A stretch of 60,031 nt of DNA, counting the filler, from Bonamia ostreae (taxonomy: Eukaryota), in assembly GCA_040357525.1 (NCBI GenBank). It is 9 parts of 9 records of this genome, joined end to end, with 100 filler letters (N's around TTAATTAATTAA, not from the genome) between each part and the next. Parts side by side here need not be neighbours in the genome. Positions count along the whole stretch, not along the records: positions 6,743 to 13,356 come from JBDODL010000114.1; positions 13,457 to 20,065 come from JBDODL010000115.1; positions 20,166 to 26,771 come from JBDODL010000116.1; 6 more parts are not named here. The stretch is one strand, 5' to 3'. The notes under the pieces are model-generated. The model was not told where the DNA came from and searched no databases. It saw nothing but the letters and a program-made list of their open reading frames with translations. Of the stretch, positions 11,620 to 25,092 are shown piece after piece. Every line of letters begins with the position of its first letter. The stretch's first letter is position 1. The position numbers were made by a program, and so were the translations under genes.

Positions 11620-12310
11620 TTTGAACCGAACACAAAATTAGCCAAAATTATATATATCACAAGTTAAACACTATTTTTAGTCGATAAGGTTTAATCAAAT
11701 CTCTATTTCGTCGAAAAAGACAATTATTCATTTCAAAATGCAAATAATAGAAGAGAAAAAATTTTCGCATAATAAAATTATCACTTCAATTGATTTTTAA
11801 AATTGAATTAAAAAATAAAATACAGTTTTTAAATGGCGGATATAATAAAATTATTTATTGTCGAAAACGTCAAATTTCAAAAAATTCTAAAAATCCCTCA
11901 TTGCCTAAAAAGTTACGACGAAAAAGAATAAAGAGCTACATAAAATTCAAAAAAATATTTATCTTTTTCGTTGATTTTTGTAATTGCGTTCGTTTTTCTT
12001 TTATGACTAGTTTCGACACAAACTTAAACTAAGATAGGATGTCATGACTGATATTAGTTTCAATTGGTTTTCTGTCGAAATAGCAACTCTAAATTGACCG
12101 AGTTTTATTGAACAGAGAGATTAAATGATTTAAATTTCGGCAGATTGCAAAGCCTCCGGAAAATAATTTTAAATAACCAAAATGGAAAATTAACGACAAA
12201 ATTTAAACGAAAAATTTAGACGTCAATACGGAAATTTTAAACGAAGACCATTTTTAAACTGAATATACGTAAATACAATTTATAAAATATGTAAAGTTTG
12301 GCCAATAAAT

Positions 12311-13356
12311 TTATGATTGTAAAGCGTGCATTTGATACATCTGGATATCGACGAATTTCCAACCGAAAATGGGGCAATCTTTGTCTGGAGTTACAGCCAC
12401 TGAATAATAGATATTCCTTACAAAATACTAAATTTAATTAAAAAACTGTCGGAATTTTTGATTTTTCAGGGTCTTTTTTAGTCGCAGTTTCTAAATGCTG
12501 TCCAATGCAGTTAAAATTTAGAATTGATTTTTTGTTGTGCAATGTCGCATTGACAAACTTTTTGTAAAATTAAAAACATTCACGTCTAAAATGTCCATCA
12601 ATTGACATTTCAGAACAGAGTCTAAATGTTTTCTTGCTTTCGAATGCCCAAACATTGAATTATAAGCCTTTTGCAAAACAAAAAATAAAGTTGCAAATGA
12701 TAATTAAATAATGGCAAATTACAACGCAAAATAATGATTCATTTACATTTCAAAAGTATTGGAATGCAACCATATAATGTTTTTAGAAGATATTAACAAA
12801 AGTATTGCAACTTAAATCCGAAAAAGCTAAAACGTTTTCAACGCATGTCTGTTCAATAAACTCCATGTCACAGTCAATTATGGCTTGTACCATGACGGGG
12901 AGAATATTAAGTTTAAGTTCGTTCAAGAATTCGTAAGGCGAAAAATCAGGTTCGATGTTGTTAACGTTTCTTAAAGCGAACGAAGTGTCGGTTTCAGCAA
13001 ACATCTAATTTGATCAGATTGTTATGAAATTTGGTGAAAACGCGATCGCCGACATCTCTTATTTTCCAAACAATCGGATTCTGTGTGGTTTCCAAGGACT
13101 CTTTCAAATCTTCGATTTTGTCAGAAGCGGAATCTCTCAAGTCGATGAATTTTTGGAAATGCGGATTGTTTTTTGCATATTTTACAAATTGTTCGCTGTA
13201 ACCTTTATATTTGCCGTAACTTTCCGTTTTTCTTGCTTTTGAGAACTTTTTTTTAAGTTTTTTTACCATTTTTTGCCAAAATGTCGGTTTTTGCTTTATC
13301 TCCAAAATGCCCGTTTCTGTTGTGTTTGTTTTCTTTTCTTTTTCTTTTTCTTTTTT
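12311..13356 (-). CDS. TIM44: Mitochondrial import translocase subunit Tim44 (5' truncated)
   Basis: DLKESLETTQNPIVWKIRDVGDR|FAETDTSFALRNVNNIEPDFSPYEFL...; C-terminal GWKFVDI; multi-exon. Confidence 0.8.
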
Positions 13357-13706
13357 NNNNNNNNNNNNNNNNNNNNNNNNNNNNNNNNNNNNNNNNNNNN
13401 TTAATTAATTAANNNNNNNNNNNNNNNNNNNNNNNNNNNNNNNNNNNNNNNNNNNNTTAAAAAAATTAATTTTAATGCCTTTAGACAATTATTCTCTAAA
13501 TGTTGCTTTAATTAAATCTCTCCACAACATATTTCAAAGATTTCAAAATTTGGTTTAATGAAAAAATTTAAATCTTCGAAAAAAGCGCTGCTTCATTTTC
13601 GAAGATTTGTAGTTTAAGGATTATATCCATTAGAAGATAAATTTATTGAAAGCCACTAATTTCAATTCATTTCAATATCAGGATTAAATATAATTAAAAT
13701 TTAGTA

Positions 13707-14622
13707 ATGAAAGTGACCTTTAATTTGCTATGCAAACATCCCAATTTACTTCTCCCTGAAATTTGGAGATTTAATAAACATAAAAATTTTATTTTCAGTT
13801 TATCGAGGAACTCTTATTTGTCAGAGGACATAAAACACATAAAAGAAACTTTTGAACATGGCTACAATCCAATTTTCTTAGTCAATTACACTGACTACAC
13901 CAAAAACGATAAAAATCATCTTTGCAATACTTTAAAGAAAAATAACATAAAAAATCTAATGTTGCTTCCAGATTTCAATCCTAAAAAGGATATTACAAAT
14001 GATATTGATTACTCGAAAACAATCGATTTTATGAAAATATTGAAGGAAAAATTTACCCGCTCCCAAATTTATGTCCTTCATTAAAAATTCAAACTATTTA
14101 AAATTTTATATATTAATTTATTCAAACTATTAAAAATTAAGAAGACATTAATTTATTAAAATTTTTTATCATTTATTTTTAGTAACTTTTCATTAATTCA
14201 CATAAATTAAGACATTAGCATTTTCCGAAAACGAAATTTCTGTTGAAAATCAAATGGCGCGAATAAAGCAATTAAAAGAAATGCAATCGCTAGGTTTGAA
14301 GGGAATCTACACTCGGCCATTTTTCGACACAAATCTGTTTTTTGAATGGAGAGAAAGAGCGTTAGATGCCGGCATTAAAATACCTATAACAGCGGGAATG
14401 ATAACTCTGTCCCAAAGAAACACTGAATTTCTTAAAACCAAATACGGAATCAATCAACTTAATTTAAGCGAGATCCTAAATTATTACAAAGACAAAACGG
14501 GAATTATGGCCCTCGAAAAAAATTTGAATGAGCTGCGAAAAAACGGGATTAACGACATTTGTGTTTATACACTTTATTCAACGAAATTAGCTGAAAGTTT
14601 GATTAAGGAATTAAATTTATAA
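13707..14622 (+). CDS. Divergent methylenetetrahydrofolate reductase (MetF/MTHFR)-like protein
   Basis: GIYTRPFFDTNLFFEWRERALDAGIKIPITAGMITL resembles MetF FIITQLFFD..GITVPIIPGIMPI; C-terminal GINDICVYTL; one intron. Confidence 0.7.
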
Positions 14623-14697
14623 ATCGTTTTCAATATCAATTTAAATCATTAAGCAATAATAATTTAGCAAAACGTGATATAATTAAATATAAGCTTA

Positions 14698-16731
14698 ATG
14701 AGCTTAACCCAAATTAATGGGTGGGAAAACAGAAAATATTCCCCGATAAATAAAATTGTACCAAAAATTCACATCAACAAATTTGGAAGAATAAACGATA
14801 AATTTAAAAATTATGTTTTCACTAAAGAATTTAAAAAAAAATAATTTTTAATTTTCACATTTTAAAATTTTGTGAAAATAACTTCAAAAGAAAATCGACT
14901 CATTTGATTTTCAAACAAATCAAATTCCAAAAATAGTGCAAAACAGGAGCAAAGCACCAAAAAGATTTGCCGCGTCCACACAAAACGCCTATCCCTATTC
15001 TCTCCAGAAAGTTGCCGCCAAAGCTAGGAGAGAAGCTTCGATTTTGAGGAAAAAACTTTTTAGACTTGAAAAGGAAATGGTTTAAATAAAAATTGAAGAA
15101 AGTTAAAGACATCGAAGTTGCGATGGTTAGAGATAGGTATGAACGTCTTAAAAACGACAAAGGCGAAAATTTAAAATTTAGCAATGAAAACAAAAACGAT
15201 AATTTGAACCAAATAAAAAACGCGCACAAAAAACAGGCGATTTTTTAGATCTGACACACATAACTAAAATTTTCATATTTATAAAATTTAGCCAGCTAAT
15301 TTGCCAATTTTCACCAAAAAATGTACAAGGAAAATTTGCCAATTTTATAAAAAAAGATATTCTTTAAACAAGAAGAAATCGAAAAGTTGCAAAATGATAA
15401 AAACAAATTGATAAAATCATTGAATAAAAGTCAAAATGACATAAAATTCAACAACACAAATTTTGAAAATTTTGACGATGAACATAAAATCGAACAAGTT
15501 TAACAATAAAAACAAAAAGGAAATTTCAATTAAAGTTATCAAAAAGCTTCAGCAACTCAAAGAATGCCAAAAATGCAAAATAAAAGATTATTTTGAACAA
15601 AAAAATATTTTCGGCCGAATAATGATTTGCGACGATGCAATTAATGAGACGATGCAGTTTATCTGTGATTATATTGTCGGTCATATTTGTTATTGGTTAT
15701 ATTTTTTTGTTACAAAAAGCAACATTGTTGCTGTGGCGTCTGAACTATGCGGATTAGCAAAATATTCTTATGGAACGCAAATTTTATCATTTTATGAAAA
15801 TAAACAGAGCAACAAATTAATTGGGACAATTTTGTCGATTTTGATGGATTTTTCGGTTCGGAAAGAAAAGGATATAATCGAAAAAAAATTTTTAAATTTT
15901 TTAGAAACTGTTTTACAAAATGAGTTGACTGCGAAAAATATTGATCGAATATTGAAACAGTTTAAAATAAAAAACTTAGGTTATCCCCGTTCGTAATCGA
16001 CGGCCATTTCAATAGAATAGTTAACAATTCGAATGACCAGAAAATCAAAAGTTTGGCTATGCAAATAGGTTCCCATCTGATGAAAGGTTTTGAACTCATT
16101 TTCAAATTCGGTTATTCAAAAGCTTTATTATTATATGCCTTAAAACTTTAAGTATTTTCGATATATCGAGTTAGAAATGGTATCTATTCCATAATCGATA
16201 AACTGAAAATCTTGCGAATCACTATATATTTTATTAAACTTAAAAAGCTTTTAATGTCCTATAGACGCAGAATGTCTTTCATTTATATCGAAATGTTTTG
16301 TAGACGAAGGAGACAGTCCTCTGATATCGCTTCTAAGCGATTACGCTCTCGAAAACAAGAATTTAGTCTACAAAACGCAAATAATAAATTTTCTCCTCAA
16401 AATCTGCACAAACCAGGAAAAAGAGGGACCGGCTATTTTGATAAACCTTTTTTCCTTTATTAAACAAGAAGGAATGGCTCATTATCTCATAAAATCGATT
16501 ATCGAAGAAATCGACTTTCTCTCTATTCGCAACAAAAAGGAGTTAAAAGAAGAAGAATGTGCACTGGAAAATTTGGTCTTAAAGGAGATTCACCTTTTAA
16601 CTTTAGTTTCAACGGAAAAAAGCAGTTTGGTCGGAAAAAAGCATTTTGTAAAATATATTGCAAATTTTGTGAACGAATGGACGGACAACAAAAGCTTTCT
16701 GGCTCCGGACTTACAAAATTTTTTAAAATAG
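14698..16731 (+). CDS. Hypothetical multi-exon protein (coiled-coil N-half, helical C-half)
   Basis: Chain of same-strand exons joined by short GT-AG introns (e.g. 19-nt 15080-15098); internal exon structure uncertain. Confidence 0.55.
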
Positions 16732-16736
16732 CATGT

Positions 16737-17449
16737 CTAATTTAAATTTTTCCTGTTTTCTTTGTTTTCACTGTCGCTCAAAATGCGAATCGATTCGGCT
16801 TTTAACGAAGAGCCTTCGTCCTCTTAACTTTAATTATAAAACCGTCGACTTTTTTGGAGACGAATTTTAGGAACGAATCGTCGTCCATATTTTCAAGTTC
16901 TCTGTCTTGAATATTCCATTTCGCCTTTTCTTCTTTGATTTCTTTTTCAACGGCCATTTTAATATCTTCGTCATTCTTTAATGCAAAAGAGTTATTAAAG
17001 ACTTCTCAGTCATTTTAATTGTTTTAGAAGATTTTCAGTTAATTTTAAGGCCATTTTGTATCGCCGAATTAAACTAAATTTTAAGAATGCGGAGATGATT
17101 TCAGAGCATAAAAATATATGTAAATTACATACAAATCTTCAGGATCGGGCAGATTTTTGACAAAAAGCTCTCTTGCTTTATCGACGCTAAGCCCTTGTAA
17201 ATCTTTGCCGAAGAGGAAAAGTGAAGCTTGGACTTTTTGGGAAGGACTTAATTTGTCCATATGTTCGGCGATGGCGTCGACATTGTATTCGTAGTTGTTT
17301 TTTGTTTTGGTGTAGAACTGCCTTGCAGCCGCTTTTTGAGAGTTTGCAAAATCACTTTTTTTCGTTTTTCTGTTTTTCAAGCTCTTTCTCTGCGGATGCT
17401 CAACACGATCATTTTCTGTAAAGAGCTTTTTGTAAATATTGGCCAGCAT
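16737..17449 (-). CDS. Hypothetical protein
   Basis: ORF 17081-17449 plus downstream exons spliced to TAG at 16737-16739. Confidence 0.55.
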
Positions 17450-17536
17450 TGTGTTTGCGGAATGTTTCCTTTAAAAGCTGTTGATAAAATTTTATTGCGC
17501 AATATTATTTAGCTTTTTATAACCCGCCGAGTATAA

Positions 17537-18389
17537 ATGGCGTTATTGGCTGATAACTTGTATATTATTGTTCAGTATTCCAAAGACGAATTTGTCGGAA
17601 AGCCAAGTTATAGCCAAACAGTTTGTCTAAATAAAAATAAAGATTTTATCATTTTTGAGAATTTACCATTTTGTTAAGAACATAAATCTGCTCTGTATAG
17701 ATTGTTGTGCTAACAACAAGATTTTAAACATTTTGAACGAAGAAAAGTTCAAAAACGAAAATAACTCCATTTTGGAGGAAAAAATGGACAATTCGTTAAA
17801 ATTTGGGCAAACAAATTCTGACATTCTAATTTCGTCTTTAATGAAAATTCTGTGCAGTTTTTAGACTTAAAAACTCTTAAAAGAGATAAACAAAAGAGCG
17901 AACGAAGATGCGCAAAACCAAATAATTTTATTCACAGAAACTGATTTTTCAAACTTTTCTTATTTTGCCCGTTGCAAAATGACGTCCTGCTTTCAAACCG
18001 CGATCGAAGTTTGCTAAAATCAAAACTAAAGCTTAAAAATGCTAAAATCGATATTGTGTTATTTCCAAATCGAAACAATGTTTTGGAAGTGCCCCGTTAC
18101 GTCAAAGAAGTTTTCAAAAATAAAAAAGGGAACTGAAATGACTGGCGGAAACGTTTGTTGTCTGAAAACAAAAACCGCTAAAAATGAAAATCTCCAAATT
18201 TTGGTGTTTTCGCTTATAAAAAGCGACAATTTGACGTTCGACCAATTCGATCCAAACGAATCCACAACGAAATGCATTTGCCATTTTGAACCTTGCGCGG
18301 AAAAAGTTTTTCTGTGTCCTTGTTGTTTAGCCATTCATTGCAGAAAATTTGCAAATTGCTTTGTTTGTGGAAAGAGTAAAATTTTATAA
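17537..18389 (+). CDS. GTF2H3: TFIIH subunit p34/Tfb4-like, divergent
   Basis: C-terminal CICH....VFLCPCCLAIHC....CFVCG zinc finger typical of Tfb4; ETGG-like MTGG; several short introns. Confidence 0.75.
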
Positions 18390-18696
18390 ATTTTTTCGAC
18401 TTTCGAGCATTTTTGTAAATATTAAATTTTATAAATTTTGTAAATATGTTATGTGAAAGTGCTCCATATCTTAAAATTTATGTGATTCCAGGAAAGACGC
18501 CAAGACATTTTCGTCGTCTCTCCATATTCAATTATTCTTCAGCGAAATAAATTTTGAATACATATTTTTATTGAAGAAGAAAAACTATGCCATTTTAATA
18601 AAAAAATCTTCGTTGCGAAAACGTTCGCAATTACATTTTCATTTAAAATAAACAATATAAAAACAAACCCAATTTCAATTTGTGAAGATTAAAACA

Positions 18697-19473
18697 ATGT
18701 CTTTGATCACAATATTTCTCTTAATGCGCCCGCATTTGAGTCAATACGGCTGTGATTTGACCTCATTTCTTATATACAGCATTGACACTTTCAAAGAGCC
18801 AGTTCTCAGCTCAAACTGTACTTACGCTCTCGATATCGGTGAACTTTGCGTGTTTGCTTTGAACCACGCGCGTAACATGCGACTTGCCAACAAAATCCGC
18901 TTGTTCCCACTCCAGAATGTCGTCGACAACAATTTGTTTGTGCAATGTAATCACAACGGGGAACTAGATCCGCCATTTGGAATGATAAATTATGAATGCG
19001 GCACACTCGCGCGAAAATACGGATCCGGTATCTCTGAATTCGATCCAGTTACAGATATCTGCGGTTTTGACCGCAAAGAAATTTTGACTGTTTTGGATTT
19101 TTCGATGCTGTGTTTGACTGCTCCCGGAGAAGTCGAAATGGGAAGTGCTGGGAGGATTTACTCTCGGGAGGAAAGGTGGCCAGTTTTTTACAACGAGTCG
19201 GTTTTTTTGTGTCCCGGTGGGATGTTGGACAGCACAACAGGTAAAAATTACGTCAAAATAAAATGTGTTGGGAACGAATGGAAGCCTGAAGGAAATTGTA
19301 CCTTTCAGAACGAAGACACGATAAAAAAGCAATATAAACCGTCTGAACATTTAAAGGTGATTGGTCTTTTGTCGATTTCGGTGATAATACTAATTTTGTC
19401 GGGTATTTTTTATCTTATCGGGACCAATTATTATCTTTCGACAAAGGATATTGCTCACTTGGAAAACGAATAA
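18697..19473 (+). CDS. Cys-rich type I membrane protein with a sushi/CCP-like module
   Basis: Hydrophobic N-terminus; ESVFLCPGG...IKCVGNEWKPEGNC; TM VIGLLSISVIILILSGIFYLIG. Confidence 0.7.
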   Translation: MSLITIFLLMRPHLSQYGCDLTSFLIYSIDTFKEPVLSSNCTYALDIGELCVFALNHARNMRLANKIRLFPLQNVVDNNLFVQCNHNGELDPPFGMINYECGTLARKYGSGISEFDPVTDICGFDRKEILTVLDFSMLCLTAPGEVEMGSAGRIYSREERWPVFYNESVFLCPGGMLDSTTGKNYVKIKCVGNEWKPEGNCTFQNEDTIKKQYKPSEHLKVIGLLSISVIILILSGIFYLIGTNYYLSTKDIAHLENE

Positions 19474-19531
19474 ATATTTTTAATTGTTATTTTTGAGTTT
19501 TAAAAATTTTGTGAGTTGTTAAAGCTTTTTA

Positions 19532-19816
19532 TTATTTGCCAATCTGGATATCAAGATTGTCTACCAATTCGTTTAATTCTTTAGCGTGGCTTTTGTATTC
19601 CGAAGTCGTATTTTTCTTCAGATCGGAATTTTTGTACCACTCCTGCGTATTTTCCAATAAGACAGTCAAATCGTCCAAATCTCTGTGGCAGAGTTTATCA
19701 CTGTTCATCTTTAAAAATTTCACTCCTTGGCTAATCGCAAACTTCAACCCATTTCTTGCGCCCTCCCGAGTGGTTGTGTTATCTTTATCCTCTTTTTTGC
19801 CAAAGATGATCCCCAT
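19532..19816 (-). CDS. Small protein: N-myristoylation-like start plus Hsp70 C-terminal lid-like domain
   Basis: MGIIFGKK; ED..ARNGL..DKL..D..L....QEW...EYKSHAKELNEL matches the residue pattern of Hsp70 helices B-E. Confidence 0.7.
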   Translation of the reverse strand: MGIIFGKKEDKDNTTTREGARNGLKFAISQGVKFLKMNSDKLCHRDLDDLTVLLENTQEWYKNSDLKKNTTSEYKSHAKELNELVDNLDIQIGK

Positions 19817-19854
19817 TCGCTTGGTTTGTAGAATATTATGTTTTTTATAAAATG

Positions 19855-19960
19855 CTTTATAAAAATAAAACTACTTTTTTATTATAAAAATGTTTTATAA
19901 AAATAAAACTACTTTTTTATTATAAAAATGAAATTTAAAAATAAAACTACTTTTTTATAA
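19855..19960. repeat. Short AT-rich tandem repeat (about 3 copies, ~39 bp)
   Basis: aaaataaaactacttttttattataaaaatg recurs. Confidence 0.8.
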
Positions 19961-20269
19961 TAATGGCGATAGAGATAATAATTTAATGATTGATTTAATA
20001 GTGGTTTGATAATAACTGATCATATGATCGTTACAACCATTCAACGCAATTTATCTTAAGGGTGANNNNNNNNNNNNNNNNNNNNNNNNNNNNNNNNNNN
20101 NNNNNNNNNTTAATTAATTAANNNNNNNNNNNNNNNNNNNNNNNNNNNNNNNNNNNNNNNNNNNNTTCGATATTTTAAAATTGTTTTAAAAATGATTTTT
20201 TGTCGATATTTTCAAATTGTTTAAAAAATAATGTATTGATTCAGTTTAAATTGACCAAATTTCCAATAT

Positions 20270-23200
20270 TTAATCCAAAAACGAATCATAGTCATTTTCA
20301 GACAAAGTCTCTCTTTGTTTTTCGCTTGTTACCATTTCCATAGTATCGTAATCCAAACTTTTATTCTTCAACATTAACTCACTCTTAACTGTTTTGTTCT
20401 CCCCAATTAAAGATTTTTCCCCTTTTTTGTTATTTTCACCAATTTCTTCAACTCTATTCTGGCTGTTACCAAATTTACTCTCATTCCTCCTCGATAAATG
20501 TACCGCTCTCAATAATTTCAAAATGTCTCTTCTTCTTTCACTTCTAGTTATTCCCGCAACTATCTCTCTTTTATTTATGTTCAACAATAAAAATTGAAAA
20601 ACGGTATCTGCGTTTCATTAGAATACTGAATCAACTTTTTCAGATTCGTTTCATCAAAATCTTTTTGCAAAGAAAACTGAGCACACGCCTTTTTCGACCC
20701 GAAGTACTTTCTAAAATACTTCTTGAAACACAAATATGTGCAGATTTGTAACAGTGAAAAAAATATTATAAGCGAAATGACCACAATTACAAAGCACAAA
20801 TTCCCACAAACCGCATTTTTTGTCGTTTTTAAACAGTTTTGCAGACTTTGATTGAGTTTTCCCTCGTTTTTTGTTTTCGTAACGCATTTGACGTTTTGGC
20901 GATCACTTAGCCTTCCTACAAACACTTGATATCCTTCTTGGCACTTAACGTTCAGAACTTGTCCCAGTTTCAATAAAGAAACATTTTTCATTGTTGTGTG
21001 TTGAGGTATTTTTGTTATTTTGCAATAATTTTCCATCACTAAATTTTTAAGTTTTGATAACAATTTTTAAAAACGAGCACATTCTGGAATTTTGCCAACA
21101 AAAACGCCGTTTTGTAAACTTTTCGAGATGCATTTTATTGTTGACGTTTTGACGTTTTGTTGATATCCCATTGGACAGTTAAGTTGAACATTTTGATCCA
21201 TTCCGGCTTCAATTGTTTTAAAAAATGGCTCACCTATTCTTGTTGTGCAATAATTTACAATTTCTTTTAAATTGTAGTTGTTGGAAATGTGTATAATTAA
21301 ACTTTGACAAAAAAGGTTTTCGACTCGTATTCTATAACAGTTTTGAGCACTTTTGATATAATTTGTGTCCAAAAACATTTTTTGATGACATTTTAATTTC
21401 TAAAATTTATAAACAAAACAAAATTTTTATTTGGAAAATAGCCATTTTTGCACGAAAAGTTTAGAATTTGCCCAACCATTATTCTGGTTAAATTTTTTCC
21501 ATTGTTGTAAAAAATCCCGTTTAGCGGAGTGTCTTCTACTACACAACACATTCCTTTATTAAATAACAGATTAAAAGAAAATTTTTAAATCAAGATCAAA
21601 TAAAACAGATTAAAAACGTCTTCTGTAAAGTTGTAAATGCGATCTATTACCAAAAAGCAAATTTCCCACTGCCAATTTCCCGATTTCCGGCGAATTTGCA
21701 AAAATTTGTTCAATATGTCCCAAAACTGGTTGGTACCAATTATTATTGTCGTAACCAAAATAGTTTGCAATTTCTTTTATTGTTTCTTTTTTAATTATCA
21801 TTATTATCAAACGTTTAAAAATATAATATTTTCCGAAAAAATTTATAATTTAAAAACGGTTTTTATGGAAAAACGTGCTTTTTTCAACTCTGTTGTTATG
21901 TAAAATATCTACAAGAAAATTTTCCCCTTTTTACAAAATTTAAAAAAAAATTGCGAAAAAACTTTAAATTAAAAAAAATTTAAAAACTAAAAACCGTAAT
22001 TAATCAAAATCAACTTATTATCGTCTCTGTTAGAATCGGCGCAATTTGAGATAATTTCGTAAAAATATACTAATGGCAAAGAAACATCAAACAATTTGCT
22101 AATTTCACTGTTACCGTCGTCTGAGACAAAACAGTTCAAAATTCCAACTTTCGATATTTGCAAATTTTTGCAAATTTTAAATATTGGCAAAGAATAGTCT
22201 TTTGTTCTGGCAACGCAAATTTTATCTGTGCCTTCTTCATTGAAAACCGTCAATTCAATCTCTTGTTTCTTGCATTTCAGTTCTGACTAAATTTTTTAGC
22301 TGTGGTTCTTTACTGAATTGACTGAAAACAGTTGAAATCGATTTTTAAAAATTTGAGATTAATAAATTAAACCGCTTTGAAACTTTTCTGAAAATTGTTC
22401 GCAACATTTAATGGCGTTAAAAAAGCGTCAATGTTGTCATTCGTTATACTACACAAAAACTTTTTCTCGTTGGTGCCATCTTCAAATCGAAAGTACCTTT
22501 TGCATTTAAATGTGGCTATTTCACCAATCTTTATTTTCCCATTTCTTTTGCTCTCTAAAATTCCATTTTCGGGCGCATTCGATTTGCACACGATTTCTTT
22601 TCAAATTATAAAGCAAAAAATTTGTGCGGAACAGTGGTAACAAATCATCGTTTACAAAACCTTGACATTCTTCTATTGGGACAGCCAATCTCCCTTTCAG
22701 TGCAGTACCAAAGACACATTTACTTTTCATGGAAATGGTTCCAGACTTTGATAAACGGTATCCTTCGTCGCATTTAATATTTATTTTTCCTCCTATTGGC
22801 ACGAATTCGACTGATTTTCCGTTGACCTTGCCGTTCAAAGGGGATGTGACAATGCAGTAATCGATTATTGCTTTTAATGTTTTAACAAACTTAGACATTT
22901 CGTAGGGAAAATCTTTTCTAGTTTGCCGTTTTTGTATGTATCAAAAGTGCACATTGTTTCAAAATATTTGGGAGCTGTGGAGACACCTCCGAAAGAAAAG
23001 GTTTCTTTGCACTCAAAACTAACTTTTTCGAAAATGGCCAGTTTTACAGATTGGTTTTTTGAATTGACTATCCCATTTATTGGCGGGAATACGGTGCAGT
23101 AATCATTTCGTTCTTTATTTTAAAAAAGCAAATTTTATAAAAAAAGATATCAAAATTATTTTAAATAAAAAAAACTTTTGCATTGGTCATCTATAATCCC

Positions 23201-24765
23201 TCTTGTCTCTGAAAATTTGGTACATGTCACATTTTTTTCATATTTTCCTTCTTCAAATTGATACCCTTTTGCACATTTTACGTTAAACTTATCCCCAATG
23301 AAAAATTTATTCGAAGACTCATATTTCTCGTCTTCTTCCAAATCGCAGTAGTTTCTTATTGCTTTTTAAACATAATGTTTTTAAAGTTTCAATCCACACT
23401 TTCGATAACATAACAAACAATATTAAAAACGAGAACAAAAAATTTCTTCAAAATCCCCTTTTTGAAAAGTTTTGACCAAACAAACAACATTTTTCTTTAA
23501 AACTACTTTATCAGAATCAAATGAATATCCTTTGTTACATCCAAAAGTCACTTTTTGTCCCAAAGAAAAAAATTCTGAAACCGGCAAAATTTGAAATCCG
23601 TTTTTTAATGTTTTGGGTTCGCAATAATTTTCAATCACTTTAATGTTGTTTTGATATTATTATAACAAAATTATTGCAATTGGCATCTATACAAACATAT
23701 TGCTGTCACAACTTGTTTGTGTACATGTAACTTGTTATAACACGCGATACTAAAAACATTCACAAGCAGTAAACTTCCATGTACCGTCTTTTTGACAAAT
23801 TGGCTTGTTACCATCTCTGATTGAATATCCTGGATCACATAAAAAATCAGTGCACACTCTGTGATTTCGCTCTGACTCTCTACAAAGAGACGTACATTTT
23901 TCAACACCATTTGAATTAGGCGCATTCAGTTTTCCGCTGTCACAAAAAATATTACGAACTAAATTGAAAAAAATAACTCAAATTCCATTCAGAAAAATCA
24001 TTTTTTGACGCCATTGAACTGTAATTACAAGTCGGGCATAATTTTGTAGACGAAAGTGCACTTTTTTATTCTTAAAAATTTAAACATTTCTTTCAAATTT
24101 TTATTGTTACAAAATTCAGTTGGAATCGGTCCAGAAATATCTGTGAATTTAAGTAATCTGAAATTTTTTAAAAAACATTTTTTCGAGTTCAAAATTTAAT
24201 ATATTTTTCGATAATGTGCCATTAATATTGTTAAATGATAAATCTCTTTTTTTAGTATTTTAGATTCAAAATAAACAGTATTTTTAAGTTGACGAGGTTT
24301 CCAAGTTCTTCGGGGATCTTTCCACTTATGAAATTGTATCGCAATGTTCTTTAATAATTATTTTTATTGTTGTATAAATATTGTAACAATTTAACATGTT
24401 GCAACAACACAAAAATTGTATTGAAAGATGTATTAAAAACAAGTTTTTAAGAGTAGTCAATTTGCCAATGGAACTATGAATATATCCTTTCAAGTTATTA
24501 AATGGCAAGTTTCTTTTTATGAAAATGATGTACATATTCAACAAAACATTTTAGTTGGACGTCCAAGTTCGCAATAAAATCCAAAAACGTTGTTTTGTTT
24601 GTCACAACTATTTTCATTGATTTTCCGCCAACCGGTTTTGTTTGTCCAGTTTTCTCCTCCCGTCGTGTTGTAAAATGTTTTCAAAGCATAAATTTCACTT
24701 TTCGTCAATGTGTTTTGGACAAAAGTGACAAGAAGACAAAAAACCAGAAAACATTTTTTGTTCAT
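20270..24765 (-). CDS. Type I membrane receptor: signal peptide, LRR-NT cap, plant-type LRRs, multiple sushi/CCP domains, TM, cytoplasmic tail
   Basis: EIYALKTFYNTTGGENWTNKTGW; LPFNNLKGYIHSSIGKLTTLK; repeated exons NYC...G.K.(T/N)F.C..GY...C...G...C; TM NLCFVIVVISLIIFFSLLQI. Confidence 0.8.
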
Positions 24766-25092
24766 TGTTAAATTACTTTTCAAAACGCTTTTTTTTTAAA
24801 TATATTTTGAATGTTTTTATTAAGTTTTTTTGAAAATATTTGTTAATTTTTTGCGAATTTTTATTACTATTTTGATGAAAATTTCCATTAGAAATTTTTT
24901 CTTGCAAAAAATTTAAGATATTAAAAATTTAATTTTTATTACTGTTTTTGACGAAAATTTAAATTCTAAATTTTTTTCTTGAAATTTTTTTGAAGACTTT
25001 ATAAAAAAAAATTGCTTTTTGCTAACTTTTTATTGCTTTTTAACACTTTTAAAAAATTAATTTTTATAAATTTTTCACAATTACAAAAAAAT

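Noticed and set aside
11790-12300. Possible small gene between PPIH and Tim44 (similarly 57550-58020)
   Set aside because: No consistent spliced reading frame or recognisable motif could be built.
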